64,000 nt of DNA, from NCBI GenBank assembly GCA_963844255.1, contig CAWJNP010000018.1, forward strand, positions 14,847-78,846, given 5' to 3'. Under the pieces are notes generated by a model. That model did no database searches and was not told the DNA's origin. It saw only the letters and a list, made by a program, of their open reading frames with translations. How positions within the stretch are numbered: position 1 is the stretch's first letter; every line of letters starts with the position of its first letter. The position numbers and the translations under genes were made by a program. Positions 19,643 through 30,772 of this stretch are shown here, in pieces. Source of the DNA: an uncultured beta proteobacterium (GTDB lineage: Bacteria; Pseudomonadota; Gammaproteobacteria; Burkholderiales; SG8-39).

Positions 19643-22600
19643 ATGGGCATCTCGGGCCGCATCAGCCGCTTCTTCGTCGCCTCCCAGCTGACCCCGCTGG
19701 TCGCGCTGGTCGCCGCCCTGCTCGGCATTTTTGCCGTGCTCGTGACGCCGCGCGAGGAGGAACCGCAGATCAACGTGGTGATGGCCAATGTGATGATTGC
19801 GTTTCCAGGCGCCTCGGCGAAGGACGTCGAATCTCTCGTGGCAATCCCGGCCGAGCAGGTTCTATCGCAGATCACCGGGATCGAGCACGTGTATTCCGTG
19901 TCCCGGCCCGGCAGCGCGATACTCACCGTGCAGTTCAAGGTCGGCGAAGATCGCACCCAGGCACTGGTGCGCCTCTACGACACGCTCTACTCCAACAAGG
20001 ACTGGATCTCGCCCAACCTCGGCGTCGGCGAGCCGATCATCAAGCCCATGGGCATCGACGACGTGCCGATCGTGGTCGCCACCCTGTGGACCGCAGACCC
20101 GGTGCGTGGGGCCTACGACCTGGAGCGCGTGGCGCACGCAGCGGAGGCCGAACTCAAGCGCGTCCCCGGCACCCGGGTCGTGCAGACCATCGGCGGGCCG
20201 CAGCGCAGCGTACGCATCCTTCTCGATCCGGAGCGCATGCAATCCTACGGGATTGCCGCGCAGGACATCCGTGCTGCACTGCTCGGCGCCAACCTCAACC
20301 TGTCGGCGGGCAGCCTCGTGCAAGGGAACAAGGAGACCCTGGTGGAAGCCGGAGGCTTCCTCGGCTCCGCAAGTGAAGTCGCCGGTCTGATCGTGGGCCG
20401 GCAGAGCGGCCGTCCGGTCACCATCAACGATATCGCACGGGTGACCGACGGTCCCGATCTGCCGAAGCGCTATGTCTGGCATGGCACGCAAGCCGGCGAG
20501 TATCCCGCCGTAAGCATTGCGATCTCGAAGAAGGCCGGAGAAAACGCGGTCGATGTCGCAGACAAGCTGATCCGCCGGATCGAGCAACTCAAGGGCAGCG
20601 TGGTCCCCGAAGGCGTCAACGTCAGCGTGACCCGCAACTACGGCCAGACCGCCAACGACAAGGCCATGAAGCTGATCCAAAAGCTGATCTTCGCCACGCT
20701 TTCGGTCATCGTGCTGGTCTGGATCGCGATCGGCCGGCGCGAAGCAGTGATCGTCGGGGTCGCGGTGCTGCTGACCCTCGCAGCGACCCTGTTCGCCTCC
20801 TGGGCCTGGGGATTCACCCTCAATCGGGTTTCGCTGTTCGCACTGATCTTCTCGATCGGCATCCTGGTGGACGACGCGATCGTGGTGGTCGAGAACATCC
20901 ATCGGCATCGCGCGCTGTCTTCCGAACCGCTGATGTCCCTGATTCCCCACGCGGTGGATGAAGTCGGCGGACCCACGATCCTCGCCACATTCACGGTCAT
21001 CGCGGCGCTGCTGCCGATGGCCTTCGTCTCCGGCCTGATGGGCCCGTACATGAGCCCGATCCCGATCAACGCATCGATGGGCATGCTGATCTCACTTGCA
21101 ATTGCGTTCGTGGTCACCCCCTGGCTGGCCGCGAGGTTGCTGCCTGCGCGTGTGGCGACGGCGCACGCAGACGGTGGAAGTCCGCGCCTTGCACGGCTCG
21201 CGCGGCGGTCGATCGGACCGTTCCTGCGCGGCAGGGACGGGCGCGGCGCACGCGGGGCGCTGCTCGGCGCGGTGCTGCTGCTCATCGTGTTCGCGGTGTC
21301 GCTCGCAGGACTCAAGCTCGTCGTGCTCAAGATGCTGCCTTTCGACAACAAGTCTGAGTTCCAGGTTGTGCTCGACATGCCGGTGGGCACGCCGCTGGAG
21401 GACACCTCGCGCGTACTGCACGAGATCGGGACCTATGTCGCCACCGTGCCCGAGGTGACCGATTACCAGGCCTATGCCGGCACCAGCGCGCCGATCAACT
21501 TCAACGGGCTGGTGCGCCAGTACTACCTGCGCGCGCTGCCGGAACTGGGCGACCTGCAGGTCAATCTCGTCGACAAGCACCATCGCGATCGCAAGAGCCA
21601 CGAAATCGCCGCCGCGGTGCGTCCGGCGATCGAAGCCATCGCGAAGCGCCATGGCGCGAGCGTCAAAGTGGTCGAAGTCCCGCCAGGCCCGCCGGTCCTG
21701 GCGCCGATCGTGGCCGAGGTCTACGGGCCGGACTATGCAGGCCAGCAGAAGGCCGCCGGCCAGCTGCGCGCCGTGTTCGGTGCAACGAAGGACATCGTCG
21801 ACATCGATTCGAGCGTCGAGGAAGCCGCGCCGCGCCTGCTGCTCTCCGTGGACCGCCAGAAGGCCTCATCGATGGGCGTCGCGCAAGCCGACGTGGTGCA
21901 GACCGTCCGCGCAGCGCTCGCGGGCGATGACGTGACGCCGCTGCACACCGGCAGCGCGAAGTACGAAATCCCTGTGCGGATCATGCTGCCGCCAGAAAAA
22001 CTCAGCGGGCTGGAAGCCATCATGAAGCTGCGGGTCCGTGCCGCCGACGGCACCCTGGTACCGCTTTCGGAAGTCGTTCGAATCACGCATTCGAATCGCG
22101 AACAGACGATCTATCACAAGGACCTGCTGCCGGTGGTGTACGTCGTCGGCGACATGGCCGGCGGCCTCGACAGCCCGCTGTACGGCATGTTCAACATGCG
22201 TTCCGAAATTTCCAAGCTCGCCGCGCCGCAGGGCAGCAAGTTCGGCGAATACTTCATCAATCAGCCCGGCGATCCGTATGCCGAATATGCGCTCAAGTGG
22301 GACGGCGAGTGGCAGGTGACCTACGAGACCTTTCGCGACATGGGCCTGGCCTATGCGGTCGGCCTGGTGCTCATCTACCTGCTGGTGGTCGCGCAGTTTC
22401 GCTCGTACGTCGTGCCGCTGGTGATCATGGCGCCGATCCCGCTGACCATCATCGGCGTGATGCCCGGGCACGCGCTGCTCGGCGCGCAGTTCACGGCCAC
22501 TTCGATGATCGGCATGATCGCCCTGGCCGGCATCATCGTGCGCAATTCGATCCTGCTGGTGGACTTCATCAAGCTCCAGGTCTCGCAGGGCATGGACCTG

Positions 22601-22867
22601 CAGGACGCAGTGATCAGTTCGGCGGCGACGCGCGCCAAGCCCATCGTGCTGACCGGACTCGCCGCCATGATCGGCGCCCTGTTCATCCTTGACGACCCGA
22701 TCTTCAACGGTCTCGCGATCTCGCTGATCTTCGGGATCATGGTTTCGACCCTGCTCACCCTGGTCGTGATCCCGGTCCTCTACTACGCCGTGTCCTGGCG
22801 CAAGGCACTGCCGGTGCAGCCGGAGGACACCGAACAACCCGATCCGCTACTCCAACCCCCGCACTGA
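19643..22867 (+). CDS. RND efflux transporter, inner-membrane permease subunit
   Basis: 1074 aa, intact, 12-TM/2-loop architecture. TM4 GILVDDAIVVVENIHRH has the AcrB-type proton-relay DD. The start lies 6 nt after the sqr stop. Confidence 0.9.
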   Translation: MGISGRISRFFVASQLTPLVALVAALLGIFAVLVTPREEEPQINVVMANVMIAFPGASAKDVESLVAIPAEQVLSQITGIEHVYSVSRPGSAILTVQFKVGEDRTQALVRLYDTLYSNKDWISPNLGVGEPIIKPMGIDDVPIVVATLWTADPVRGAYDLERVAHAAEAELKRVPGTRVVQTIGGPQRSVRILLDPERMQSYGIAAQDIRAALLGANLNLSAGSLVQGNKETLVEAGGFLGSASEVAGLIVGRQSGRPVTINDIARVTDGPDLPKRYVWHGTQAGEYPAVSIAISKKAGENAVDVADKLIRRIEQLKGSVVPEGVNVSVTRNYGQTANDKAMKLIQKLIFATLSVIVLVWIAIGRREAVIVGVAVLLTLAATLFASWAWGFTLNRVSLFALIFSIGILVDDAIVVVENIHRHRALSSEPLMSLIPHAVDEVGGPTILATFTVIAALLPMAFVSGLMGPYMSPIPINASMGMLISLAIAFVVTPWLAARLLPARVATAHADGGSPRLARLARRSIGPFLRGRDGRGARGALLGAVLLLIVFAVSLAGLKLVVLKMLPFDNKSEFQVVLDMPVGTPLEDTSRVLHEIGTYVATVPEVTDYQAYAGTSAPINFNGLVRQYYLRALPELGDLQVNLVDKHHRDRKSHEIAAAVRPAIEAIAKRHGASVKVVEVPPGPPVLAPIVAEVYGPDYAGQQKAAGQLRAVFGATKDIVDIDSSVEEAAPRLLLSVDRQKASSMGVAQADVVQTVRAALAGDDVTPLHTGSAKYEIPVRIMLPPEKLSGLEAIMKLRVRAADGTLVPLSEVVRITHSNREQTIYHKDLLPVVYVVGDMAGGLDSPLYGMFNMRSEISKLAAPQGSKFGEYFINQPGDPYAEYALKWDGEWQVTYETFRDMGLAYAVGLVLIYLLVVAQFRSYVVPLVIMAPIPLTIIGVMPGHALLGAQFTATSMIGMIALAGIIVRNSILLVDFIKLQVSQGMDLQDAVISSAATRAKPIVLTGLAAMIGALFILDDPIFNGLAISLIFGIMVSTLLTLVVIPVLYYAVSWRKALPVQPEDTEQPDPLLQPPH

Positions 22868-22878
22868 AAGGAAACACC

Positions 22879-23121
22879 ATGACCACCGAAAACGTCATCC
22901 GCATCTTCGCGGGCACAATGATCCTCGTCTCGCTCTCGCTGGGCGCGGACGCGAGCCCGCTGTTCCACAGCCGCCACTGGCTCTGGCTGACCACCTTCGT
23001 CGGCGCCAACCTGTTCCAGTTCGGCTTCAGCGGCGCCTGCCCGCTTGAGTTCGTGCTGAAAAAGCTCGGCGTGAAGACCTGCGCGCAGGCGACCGAAGCG
23101 CGGTTGCAGGCGCAGCACTGA
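22879..23121 (+). CDS. DUF2892 (YgaP C-terminal-like) small membrane protein
   Basis: 80 aa. Two hydrophobic helices and the ...FQFGFSGACPLEFVLKKLG motif characteristic of DUF2892. Confidence 0.75.
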   Translation: MTTENVIRIFAGTMILVSLSLGADASPLFHSRHWLWLTTFVGANLFQFGFSGACPLEFVLKKLGVKTCAQATEARLQAQH

Positions 23122-23130
23122 GCGACCGGT

Positions 23131-24561
23131 TCAGCTGCCAGGCTTTGGCTGGCTCGCCGCCTCCCAGCCGCCGCCCAGCGCCTTGATCAACTGAACGCTG
23201 GCGGTCATGCGGCGGCCGAGGATGTCGGCTGCCGAGCGCTGATTCGCCAACGCCGTGGCCTGCGCGCTCACGACCTGCAGGTAGGTGGTGATGCCGGCCT
23301 TGTACTGGTTCAGCGCATGGGTGAGGGACTGTTCCGCGGATTTCACGGCTTCATCCTGCAGCGCGGCTTCCTCCTCCAGTACGCGCAAGGCGACGAGATT
23401 GTCCTCCACCTCGCGAAAGCCGGTCAGTACGGTCGCGCGGTAGTTCGCGACGGTCGCGTCATACGCGGCCACCGCCTGATCGCTCGCCGCGCGCCTGCGC
23501 CCCCCGTCGAACAGCGTGAGGGCCAGCGCCGGACCGACCGACCAGAACCTGCTTGGCAGCGTGAACCAGTTTCCGGTCGTTGCACTCTGCACGCCGTATG
23601 CCGCGCTCAGCGTCGCGGCCGGATAGAACGCCGCAGCAGCCACGCCGATCTGCGCGTTGGCCGCAGCGACGCGGCGCTCGGCGGCGGCGACGTCGGGCCT
23701 GCGCTCCAGGAGGTCCGCAGGCAGCGCGACCGGAATCCGGGGGGGCGAACCGGTCAGTGGCGTAACCGCAATCGTGACCTCCGCAGGCGGCTTGCCGATC
23801 AGCACGGCGATCGCGTGTTCGAGCTGCGCCCGCGACACCGTCAGTTCAAGGGCCTGAACCTGCGTCGACTTGAGCTGCGTCTCTGCCTGCGCCACATCGG
23901 ACTTCGGCACCACGCCGACCCGGTAGCGGTTGCCGGTGAGTTCCAGCGACTTCGCGTAGGCCGCGATCGTCCGCTCCAGGAGCTGGCGCTGCGCGTCCAG
24001 TGCACGCAGCTGAAAATAGTTCTGAGCGAGCGTCGCCTGCACGCTCAGGCGCACGTTTTCGACGTCTGCTGCACTCGCCTGCGCGCCGGCCTCGCCGGCC
24101 TCTACGCTGCGCCCGACGCGGCCCCACAGGTCCGCCTCCCATGAAAGGTTCAGCGGCGCCGAATAGATCGTGCGCTTGCTGGTCGAGACGCCGACCACAG
24201 GCCCGGTCGTAGCCGAAGGCCGCGAACGCGTTTCGGACAATCCTCCGGTCATGTTCGGGAACCAGGCGGCGCGCGCGGACTGCATCAGCGCAGTCGCCTG
24301 GCGGAACTGCGCTTCCGACGCGAGCAGTGTCTGGTTGGATACGCTGACCTGCGCCATCAGCGCGTCGAGCTTCGCATCTGCGTATGCTGCCCACCAACTG
24401 CCGCGACGCACGTCGTCCTTCGGTTGTGCCCGTTGCCAGGCCGCGGCCTCCTTGTACGCGGCGGGGGCCTCGACCACCGGCCGCACATAGTCCGGTCCGG
24501 CGCTGCACCCCGCGAGCAGCATTGCTGCGAACCCCGTCCATCGAATCCCGCGCTTCGTCAT
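23131..24561 (-). CDS. Outer-membrane efflux lipoprotein, NodT/OprM family
   Basis: [25 protein letters not shown] (lipobox LAGC), then typical OMF repeats ([13 protein letters not shown]..., LIKALGGGW). The ATG (complement 24559-24561) overlaps the mdtC stop. The track ORF 23131..25632 is an out-of-frame upstream extension. Confidence 0.9.
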   Translation of the reverse strand: MTKRGIRWTGFAAMLLAGCSAGPDYVRPVVEAPAAYKEAAAWQRAQPKDDVRRGSWWAAYADAKLDALMAQVSVSNQTLLASEAQFRQATALMQSARAAWFPNMTGGLSETRSRPSATTGPVVGVSTSKRTIYSAPLNLSWEADLWGRVGRSVEAGEAGAQASAADVENVRLSVQATLAQNYFQLRALDAQRQLLERTIAAYAKSLELTGNRYRVGVVPKSDVAQAETQLKSTQVQALELTVSRAQLEHAIAVLIGKPPAEVTIAVTPLTGSPPRIPVALPADLLERRPDVAAAERRVAAANAQIGVAAAAFYPAATLSAAYGVQSATTGNWFTLPSRFWSVGPALALTLFDGGRRRAASDQAVAAYDATVANYRATVLTGFREVEDNLVALRVLEEEAALQDEAVKSAEQSLTHALNQYKAGITTYLQVVSAQATALANQRSAADILGRRMTASVQLIKALGGGWEAASQPKPGS

Positions 24562-27500
24562 TCCTGTCCTCCGAGGGCCATGTGGCGCGCCGACCACGGC
24601 CAGCGCCGCGCCCCCCACAGCCTGAACCGGTCGAGATACAGATACACCACCGGCGTCGTATACAGCGTCAGGACTTGGCTGAACACCAGGCCACCCACGA
24701 TCGCGATGCCCAGGGGTCGACGCAGCTCGGCACCGTCGCCGAAGCCGATCGCCAGCGGCACGGCGCCAAGCAGCGCCGCCATCGTGGTCATCATGATCGG
24801 ACGGAACCGCAGGAGGCAGGCCTCGTGGATCGCCTTCTCCGGAGACAGTCCGCGGGTTCGTTCGGCATCGAGCGCGAAATCGACCATCATGATGGCGTTT
24901 TTCTTGACGATGCCAATCAGCAGGATCACGCCGATCAGCGCGATGATGCTGAACTCCGTATTGAACGCCAGCAGCGCGAGCAGGGCGCCGACGCCGGCCG
25001 AGGGCAGGGTCGACAGGATCGTGATCGGGTGCACCAGGCTTTCGTACAACATGCCGAGGACGATATATACGGTGATCAGGGCAGCAAGGATCAGCCATGG
25101 CTGGCTCTCGAGCGACGCCTGGAACGCGCGCGCCGTCCCCTGGAATGTCCCGTGCACCGTCGTCGGCACGCCGATCCGATCGAGCGCGACCTTGATCGCC
25201 GACGTGGCCTGCGAGAGCGATACCCCGACCGGCAGGTTGAACGAGATCGTCGAGGCGGCAAACTGCCCCTGGTGGTTCACGCCGAGGGGCGCGCTTCCCG
25301 GCCCGTAGGTCGCGAAAGCGGAGAGCGGCACCTGTGCTCCGCCCGGTGCGGACACGTAAACGTTCTTCAGCGCCTCGGGGCTCTGCCAGAATTCCGGCGC
25401 AGCTTCCATCACCACGCGGTACTGGTTCAGGGGATTGTAGATCGTCGAGATCACGCGCTGGCCGAACGCATCGTTGAGCGTCGCATCGATCATGCGCACG
25501 GAGATACCCAGCTGCGCCGCCCTGTCGCGGTCGATCTGCAGGGTCGTCTGCAGGCCCTTGTCCTCGCGGTCGGTGTTCACGTCGACGATTTCCGGCACGT
25601 CGCTCATCGCCTGGCGCACCTTCGGCTCCCACTCGCGCAGTTCATCCAGCTCGTCGGCCTGCAGCGTGTACTGGTACTGTGCGCTGGATGACCGGCCGCC
25701 GATGCGGATGTCCTGCACGGGTATGAGGAACAGGCTCGCGCCCGGCTCTTTGGCAAGCTTGCCGCGCAGCCGCCCGACGACCCGGTCGGCCGACAGGTTC
25801 CTCTCCGCGAGCGGCTTGAGCGTGACGAACATGAACGCGCTGTTCCTCTGTGCACCGCCGGTAAACGCGACGACCGTCTCCACGGCCGGATCGCTGCGCA
25901 CGATGTCGACGAACGCCGCGACCTTGTCGCGCATCGCCTGGAACGAGATGCTCTGGTCGGCCTGCACCCGCCCGACGATCCGGCCGGTATCCTGCTGCGG
26001 GAAGAATCCCTTGGGAACGATGGTGTACAGGTAGACATTCAGCCCGATGGTCGCGGCGAGCAGCACCATCATGAAGCGCCCGTGGCGCAGGGCCCATCCG
26101 AGCGTGACCTCGTAGGTGCGCAGCATCGCCGCAAAGCTCCGCTCGCTCGCACGATACAGGCGGCCGTGGACGTCCTCCTTCCTGTCGGCCCGCAACAGCC
26201 GCGCGCACATCATCGGCGTGGTGGTGAGCGACACCAGCAGCGATATCAGGATCGCCACCGACAGCACCACTGCAAACTCGCGGAAGAGCCGGCCCACGAT
26301 CCCGCCCATCAGCAGGATCGGGATGAACACCGCGATCAGCGACAGGCTCATGGACAGCACCGTGAAGCCCACTTCGCGCGAGCCCTGCAGGGCCGCCTGC
26401 ATCGGCGTCATGCCACCTTCGATGCGGCGCGAGATGTTCTCGAGCACCACGATGGCGTCGTCCACCACGAAGCCGGTGGAGATGGTCAGCGCCATCAGTG
26501 ACAGGTTGTCCACGCTGTAGCCGCACAGGTACATCACGCCGAAGGTGCCGATCAGGGACACCGGCACCGCAACGCTGGGAATCAGGGTGGCGCGCCAGTT
26601 GCGCAGGAACATGAAGACGACCATGATCACCAGCGCGATCGAAATGGCCAGTGCGCGCTCGACGTCGCGCAGGCTGGCCCGGATCGTCGGCGTGCGGTCC
26701 AGTGCCACCTCGACGTCGATGGCGCTCGAAATCGAGGCACGCAGCACCGGCAGGAGGTCGCGCACCCGGTCGACGGTATCGATGATGTTCGCGTTCGGCT
26801 GGCGGTAGAGGATGATGAGCACCGACTGCCGGCCGTTGGCCGAGCCCGAGTTGCGCAGGTCCTGCACCGAATCGACCACCTCGCCCACATCCGACAGGCG
26901 CACCGCCGCGCCATTCCGGTAGGCGACGATCAGCGGCATGTAGTCGGCCGCCCGCTTCGCCTGGTCGTTGGCGAGGATCTGCCAGTGGCGCGTGGCGTCC
27001 TCGACCGAACCCTTGGGCCGGTTCACGTTGGTCGACACGATCGCGGAACGCACCTCCTCCATGCCGATCCTGTACTTGTTCAGGGTCGCCGGATTCAGTT
27101 CCACGCGCACCGCCGGCAGCGAACTGCCGCCGACGGTCACCTCGCCGATGCCCTGCACCTGCGAAAGCTTCTGTGCGAGCACCGTGGAGGCCGCGTCATA
27201 GATCTGGCCCGGCGTCATGGTGTCGGAGGTCAGCGAGAGGATCATGATCGGCGCGTCGGCCGGGTTGACCTTGCGGTAGGTCGGGTTGTTCGGCAGCCCG
27301 CTGGGCAGCGAACTGCGCGCGGCGTTCAGCGCGGCCTGCACGTCGCGCGCCGCGCCGTCGATGCTGCGGCTGAGGTCGAACTGCAGCGTGATCCGCGTCG
27401 CACCGAGGGAACTCGAGGAGGTGATCTCGGTGATCCCGGCGATCCGGCCGAGCGCACGCTCCAGCGGCGTGGCGACAGTGGCCGCCATCGTCTCGGGACT

Positions 27501-27662
27501 CGCCCCGGGCAGCACCGCGCGCACCGAGATCGTCGGGTAGTCCACCTGCGGCAGCGGCGCGACCGGCAGCAGCTTGAACGCGATGGCCCCGGCCAGCGCG
27601 ATGCCCAGTGTCAGCAGAGTCGTGGCCACGGGCCGATCGATGAAGGGACGGCTGATGTTCAC
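24558..27662 (-). CDS. mdtC: Multidrug RND transporter permease, MdtC-like
   Basis: 1034 aa. N-terminus ...[81 protein letters not shown] closely follows E. coli MdtC as I recall it. Confidence 0.9.
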   Translation of the reverse strand: MNISRPFIDRPVATTLLTLGIALAGAIAFKLLPVAPLPQVDYPTISVRAVLPGASPETMAATVATPLERALGRIAGITEITSSSSLGATRITLQFDLSRSIDGAARDVQAALNAARSSLPSGLPNNPTYRKVNPADAPIMILSLTSDTMTPGQIYDAASTVLAQKLSQVQGIGEVTVGGSSLPAVRVELNPATLNKYRIGMEEVRSAIVSTNVNRPKGSVEDATRHWQILANDQAKRAADYMPLIVAYRNGAAVRLSDVGEVVDSVQDLRNSGSANGRQSVLIILYRQPNANIIDTVDRVRDLLPVLRASISSAIDVEVALDRTPTIRASLRDVERALAISIALVIMVVFMFLRNWRATLIPSVAVPVSLIGTFGVMYLCGYSVDNLSLMALTISTGFVVDDAIVVLENISRRIEGGMTPMQAALQGSREVGFTVLSMSLSLIAVFIPILLMGGIVGRLFREFAVVLSVAILISLLVSLTTTPMMCARLLRADRKEDVHGRLYRASERSFAAMLRTYEVTLGWALRHGRFMMVLLAATIGLNVYLYTIVPKGFFPQQDTGRIVGRVQADQSISFQAMRDKVAAFVDIVRSDPAVETVVAFTGGAQRNSAFMFVTLKPLAERNLSADRVVGRLRGKLAKEPGASLFLIPVQDIRIGGRSSSAQYQYTLQADELDELREWEPKVRQAMSDVPEIVDVNTDREDKGLQTTLQIDRDRAAQLGISVRMIDATLNDAFGQRVISTIYNPLNQYRVVMEAAPEFWQSPEALKNVYVSAPGGAQVPLSAFATYGPGSAPLGVNHQGQFAASTISFNLPVGVSLSQATSAIKVALDRIGVPTTVHGTFQGTARAFQASLESQPWLILAALITVYIVLGMLYESLVHPITILSTLPSAGVGALLALLAFNTEFSIIALIGVILLIGIVKKNAIMMVDFALDAERTRGLSPEKAIHEACLLRFRPIMMTTMAALLGAVPLAIGFGDGAELRRPLGIAIVGGLVFSQVLTLYTTPVVYLYLDRFRLWGARRWPWSARHMALGGQE

Positions 27663-27669
27663 GCGACCC

Positions 27670-30600
27670 TCATCCTGCGACCCCGCGGGTGCGCCGCGCC
27701 AGCCGGTCGAACCACAGGTAGATCACCGGTGTGGTGAAGAGCGTCAGCACCTGGCTCACCAGCAGTCCGCCGACCATGGTGATACCCAGGGGGTTGCGCA
27801 GTTCGGAGCCGACTCCGCTGCCGAGCATCAGCGGCAGCGCGGCGAGCAGCGCCGCCAGCGTCGTCATCAGGATCGGACGAAAGCGCAGCAGGCAGGCCTG
27901 GCGGATCGCCTCATGCGGTGATCGGCCCTCCTTGCGCTCGGCCTCGAGCGCGAAGTCGATCATCATGATCGCGTTCTTCTTCACGATCCCGATCAGCAGG
28001 ATGATCCCGATGATCCCGATGATCCCCAGGTCGTTCTTCGACACGATGAGCGCAAGCAGCGCGCCGACGCCGGCCGATGGCAGCGTGGACAGTATGGTCA
28101 CTGGATGGATGTAGCTTTCATACAGCACGCCAAGCACGATATACATGGTGACGATCGCGGCGAGGATCAGCAGCAGCGTATTGTCGAGCGATGCCTGGAA
28201 TGCGAGCGCCGCGCCCTGGAAGCGCGTCTGCACCGAGAGCGGCAGCGCGATGTCCTTGCGGGCAGCGTGGATCGCGTCGACTGCATCGCCCAGGGACGCG
28301 CCCGGCGCCAGATTGAACGAGATCGTGGCCGAAGGAAACTGGCCGAGGTGGTTGATCACCAGCGGGGTGGGTTTTTCGATCACGCGGGCGAGCGCAGACA
28401 GGCGGACCTGCTCGCCGTTCGAGGAACTCACGTGGATGTCATCGAGCGCGGCCGGCCCGGTCCGGAACTCCGGCTTCACCTCGAGCACCACGCGGTACTG
28501 GCTGGTCTGCGTGAAGATGGTCGAGATCAGGCGCTGGCCGAACGCGTTGTAGAGCGCGTTGTCGATGGCCGCCGTCGTGACACCGAGGCGGCCCGCCGTC
28601 GCGCGGTCGATCTCGACATAGGCCTGCAGGCCCTGGTCCTGCAGGTCGCTCGCCACATCTGCCAGCTGCGGCAGGCCGCGCAGGCGCTCGACCAGCCGCG
28701 GCACCCAGAGGCTCAGCTCGGCCGGATCGGCATCCTCAACGCTGAACTGGTACTGGGTGCGGCTGACCCGGTCCTCGATGGTCAGGTCCTGCACCGGCTG
28801 CATGTAGAGCGCGATGCCCTCGACCTTCGCGACCCGGGACTGCAGGCGGCGTATGACTTCCGCCGCCTCGTCCTTGCGCTCGGCGTGCGGCTTCAGATTG
28901 ATCAGCAACCGGCCGCTGTTGAGCGTTGTATTGACGCCGTCCACGCCGATGAAGGACGAGAGGCTGGCAACGGCCGGGTCTTCCAGCACCACGCGCGCCA
29001 GCGCCTGCTGTCGTTCCGACATCGCGCCGAAGGAGATCGACTGCGGCGCTTCGGTGACGCCCTGGATCAGGCCGGTGTCCTGGATCGGAAAGAAGCCCTT
29101 GGGTATGAAGACGTAGAGAACGATCGTCAGCGCGAGCGTCCCGATCGCAACCAGCAGCGTGGCTGTCTGCCGCTCCAGCACCCAGTCGAGCATCACTGCA
29201 TAGCGCGCGATCACCGCGTCGAAGAAACGCCCGCTTGCGCGGTAGAACGCACCGCGTTCGGCCTCGGGCCGGTGGCGCAGCAGCTTGGCGCACATCATCG
29301 GCGTGAGCGTGAGCGAGACCAGCGCGGAGATCAGGATCGCCACCGCGAGGGTGATCGCGAATTCGCGAAACAGGCGGCCCACCACGTCACCCATGAACAG
29401 CAGCGGGATCAGCACCGCGATCAGCGATACCGTCAGCGAGATGATCGTGAACCCGATCTGCTCCGACCCCTTGAGCGCCGCCTCGAGCGGGGAAAGCGGC
29501 GGCGTATTTTCAGTGCCCTCGATGTAGCGCGACACGTTTTCGATCATCACGATCGCGTCGTCGACCACGAATCCGGTGCCGATGGTCAGCGCCATCAGGG
29601 TAAGGTTGTTGATGCTGAATCCGGCGAGGTACATCACCCCGAAGGTGCCGATCAGCGAGACCGGCACCGCAACGCTGGGGATCGCAGTCGCGGGGCCGTT
29701 GCGCAGGAAGAGGAAGATCACCAACACCACCAGCGCGACCGCGAGGGCGAGCTCCATCTTGACGTCCCGCACCGAGGCGCGGATGGTTGTCGTCCGGTCG
29801 GTGAGCAGCGCGACGTCGACCGAACCCGGCAGCGTCGAGCGCAACTGGGGCAGCAGCTTGTTGATGCTGTCGACCACTTCGATCACGTTCGCGCCGGGCT
29901 GGCGCTGGATGTTCACCAGTACCGCGGAAGATTCGTTGGCCCATGCCGCCAGCCGCACGTTCTCCGCGTCGTCCACCGCTTCGGCCACATCCGACAGCCG
30001 CACCGGCCGGCCGGCCTTGTAGGAAACGATCAGGTTGCGGTACTCGTCAGCCGAGCGCAGCTGGTCATTTGCATCGATGGTCGAGGCGCGCGCCGGGCCA
30101 TCGAAGCTCCCCTTTGCCTGGTTGACGTTGGCGGCAGCGATGGCGGTCCGCAGGTCATCGAGCGACAGGCCGTAGGCGGCGAGCACCTTGGGATTGGCCT
30201 GGATGCGCACTGCGGGCCGCTGCCCGCCGGCGAGGCTGACCAGTCCCACGCCGGCCAGCTGCGACAGCTTCTGCGCAACCCGCGTGTCGACGAGGTTCTG
30301 CAGGACGGGCAGAGACAATGTCTTCGAGGTGACCGCAAGCGTGATGATGGGCGTGTCGGCCGGATTGACCTTGGCGTAGATCGGCGGAACCGGGAGGTCG
30401 GACGGGAGCAGGTTGCCCGAGGCGTTGATCGCAGCCTGCACCTCCTGTTCGGCCACATCGAGGCTCAGCGCAAGGCTGAACTGCAGCGTGATCACCGAGG
30501 CACCGCCGGAGCTCGTCGAGGACATCTGGTTGAGGCCCGGCATCTGGCCGAACTGGCGTTCGAGCGGCGCGGTGATCGAGGAGGTCATCACGTCGGGGCT

Positions 30601-30762
30601 CGCGCCGGGGTAGAGCGTCACCACCTGGATGGTCGGGTAATCGACCTCGGGCAGCGCGGAGATCGGCATCACCCGGTAGGCGATGAGGCCGGCCAGCATG
30701 ATCGCGACCATGAACAACAAGGTCGCCACCGGCCGGAGGATGAAGATGCGCGAGGGATTCAC
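27670..30762 (-). CDS. mdtB: Multidrug RND transporter permease, MdtB-like
   Basis: 1030 aa. ...[86 protein letters not shown] is nearly identical in pattern to E. coli MdtB. Confidence 0.9.
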   Translation of the reverse strand: MNPSRIFILRPVATLLFMVAIMLAGLIAYRVMPISALPEVDYPTIQVVTLYPGASPDVMTSSITAPLERQFGQMPGLNQMSSTSSGGASVITLQFSLALSLDVAEQEVQAAINASGNLLPSDLPVPPIYAKVNPADTPIITLAVTSKTLSLPVLQNLVDTRVAQKLSQLAGVGLVSLAGGQRPAVRIQANPKVLAAYGLSLDDLRTAIAAANVNQAKGSFDGPARASTIDANDQLRSADEYRNLIVSYKAGRPVRLSDVAEAVDDAENVRLAAWANESSAVLVNIQRQPGANVIEVVDSINKLLPQLRSTLPGSVDVALLTDRTTTIRASVRDVKMELALAVALVVLVIFLFLRNGPATAIPSVAVPVSLIGTFGVMYLAGFSINNLTLMALTIGTGFVVDDAIVMIENVSRYIEGTENTPPLSPLEAALKGSEQIGFTIISLTVSLIAVLIPLLFMGDVVGRLFREFAITLAVAILISALVSLTLTPMMCAKLLRHRPEAERGAFYRASGRFFDAVIARYAVMLDWVLERQTATLLVAIGTLALTIVLYVFIPKGFFPIQDTGLIQGVTEAPQSISFGAMSERQQALARVVLEDPAVASLSSFIGVDGVNTTLNSGRLLINLKPHAERKDEAAEVIRRLQSRVAKVEGIALYMQPVQDLTIEDRVSRTQYQFSVEDADPAELSLWVPRLVERLRGLPQLADVASDLQDQGLQAYVEIDRATAGRLGVTTAAIDNALYNAFGQRLISTIFTQTSQYRVVLEVKPEFRTGPAALDDIHVSSSNGEQVRLSALARVIEKPTPLVINHLGQFPSATISFNLAPGASLGDAVDAIHAARKDIALPLSVQTRFQGAALAFQASLDNTLLLILAAIVTMYIVLGVLYESYIHPVTILSTLPSAGVGALLALIVSKNDLGIIGIIGIILLIGIVKKNAIMMIDFALEAERKEGRSPHEAIRQACLLRFRPILMTTLAALLAALPLMLGSGVGSELRNPLGITMVGGLLVSQVLTLFTTPVIYLWFDRLARRTRGVAG

Positions 30763-30772
30763 GCCCGGATGC

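Noticed and set aside
24562-25632. N-terminal 357 aa of track ORF 23131..25632, which would give an 833-aa outer-membrane protein
   Set aside because: That part overlaps mdtC out of frame. The OMF homology, the lipobox and an ATGA-coupled start begin at complement 24559-24561.
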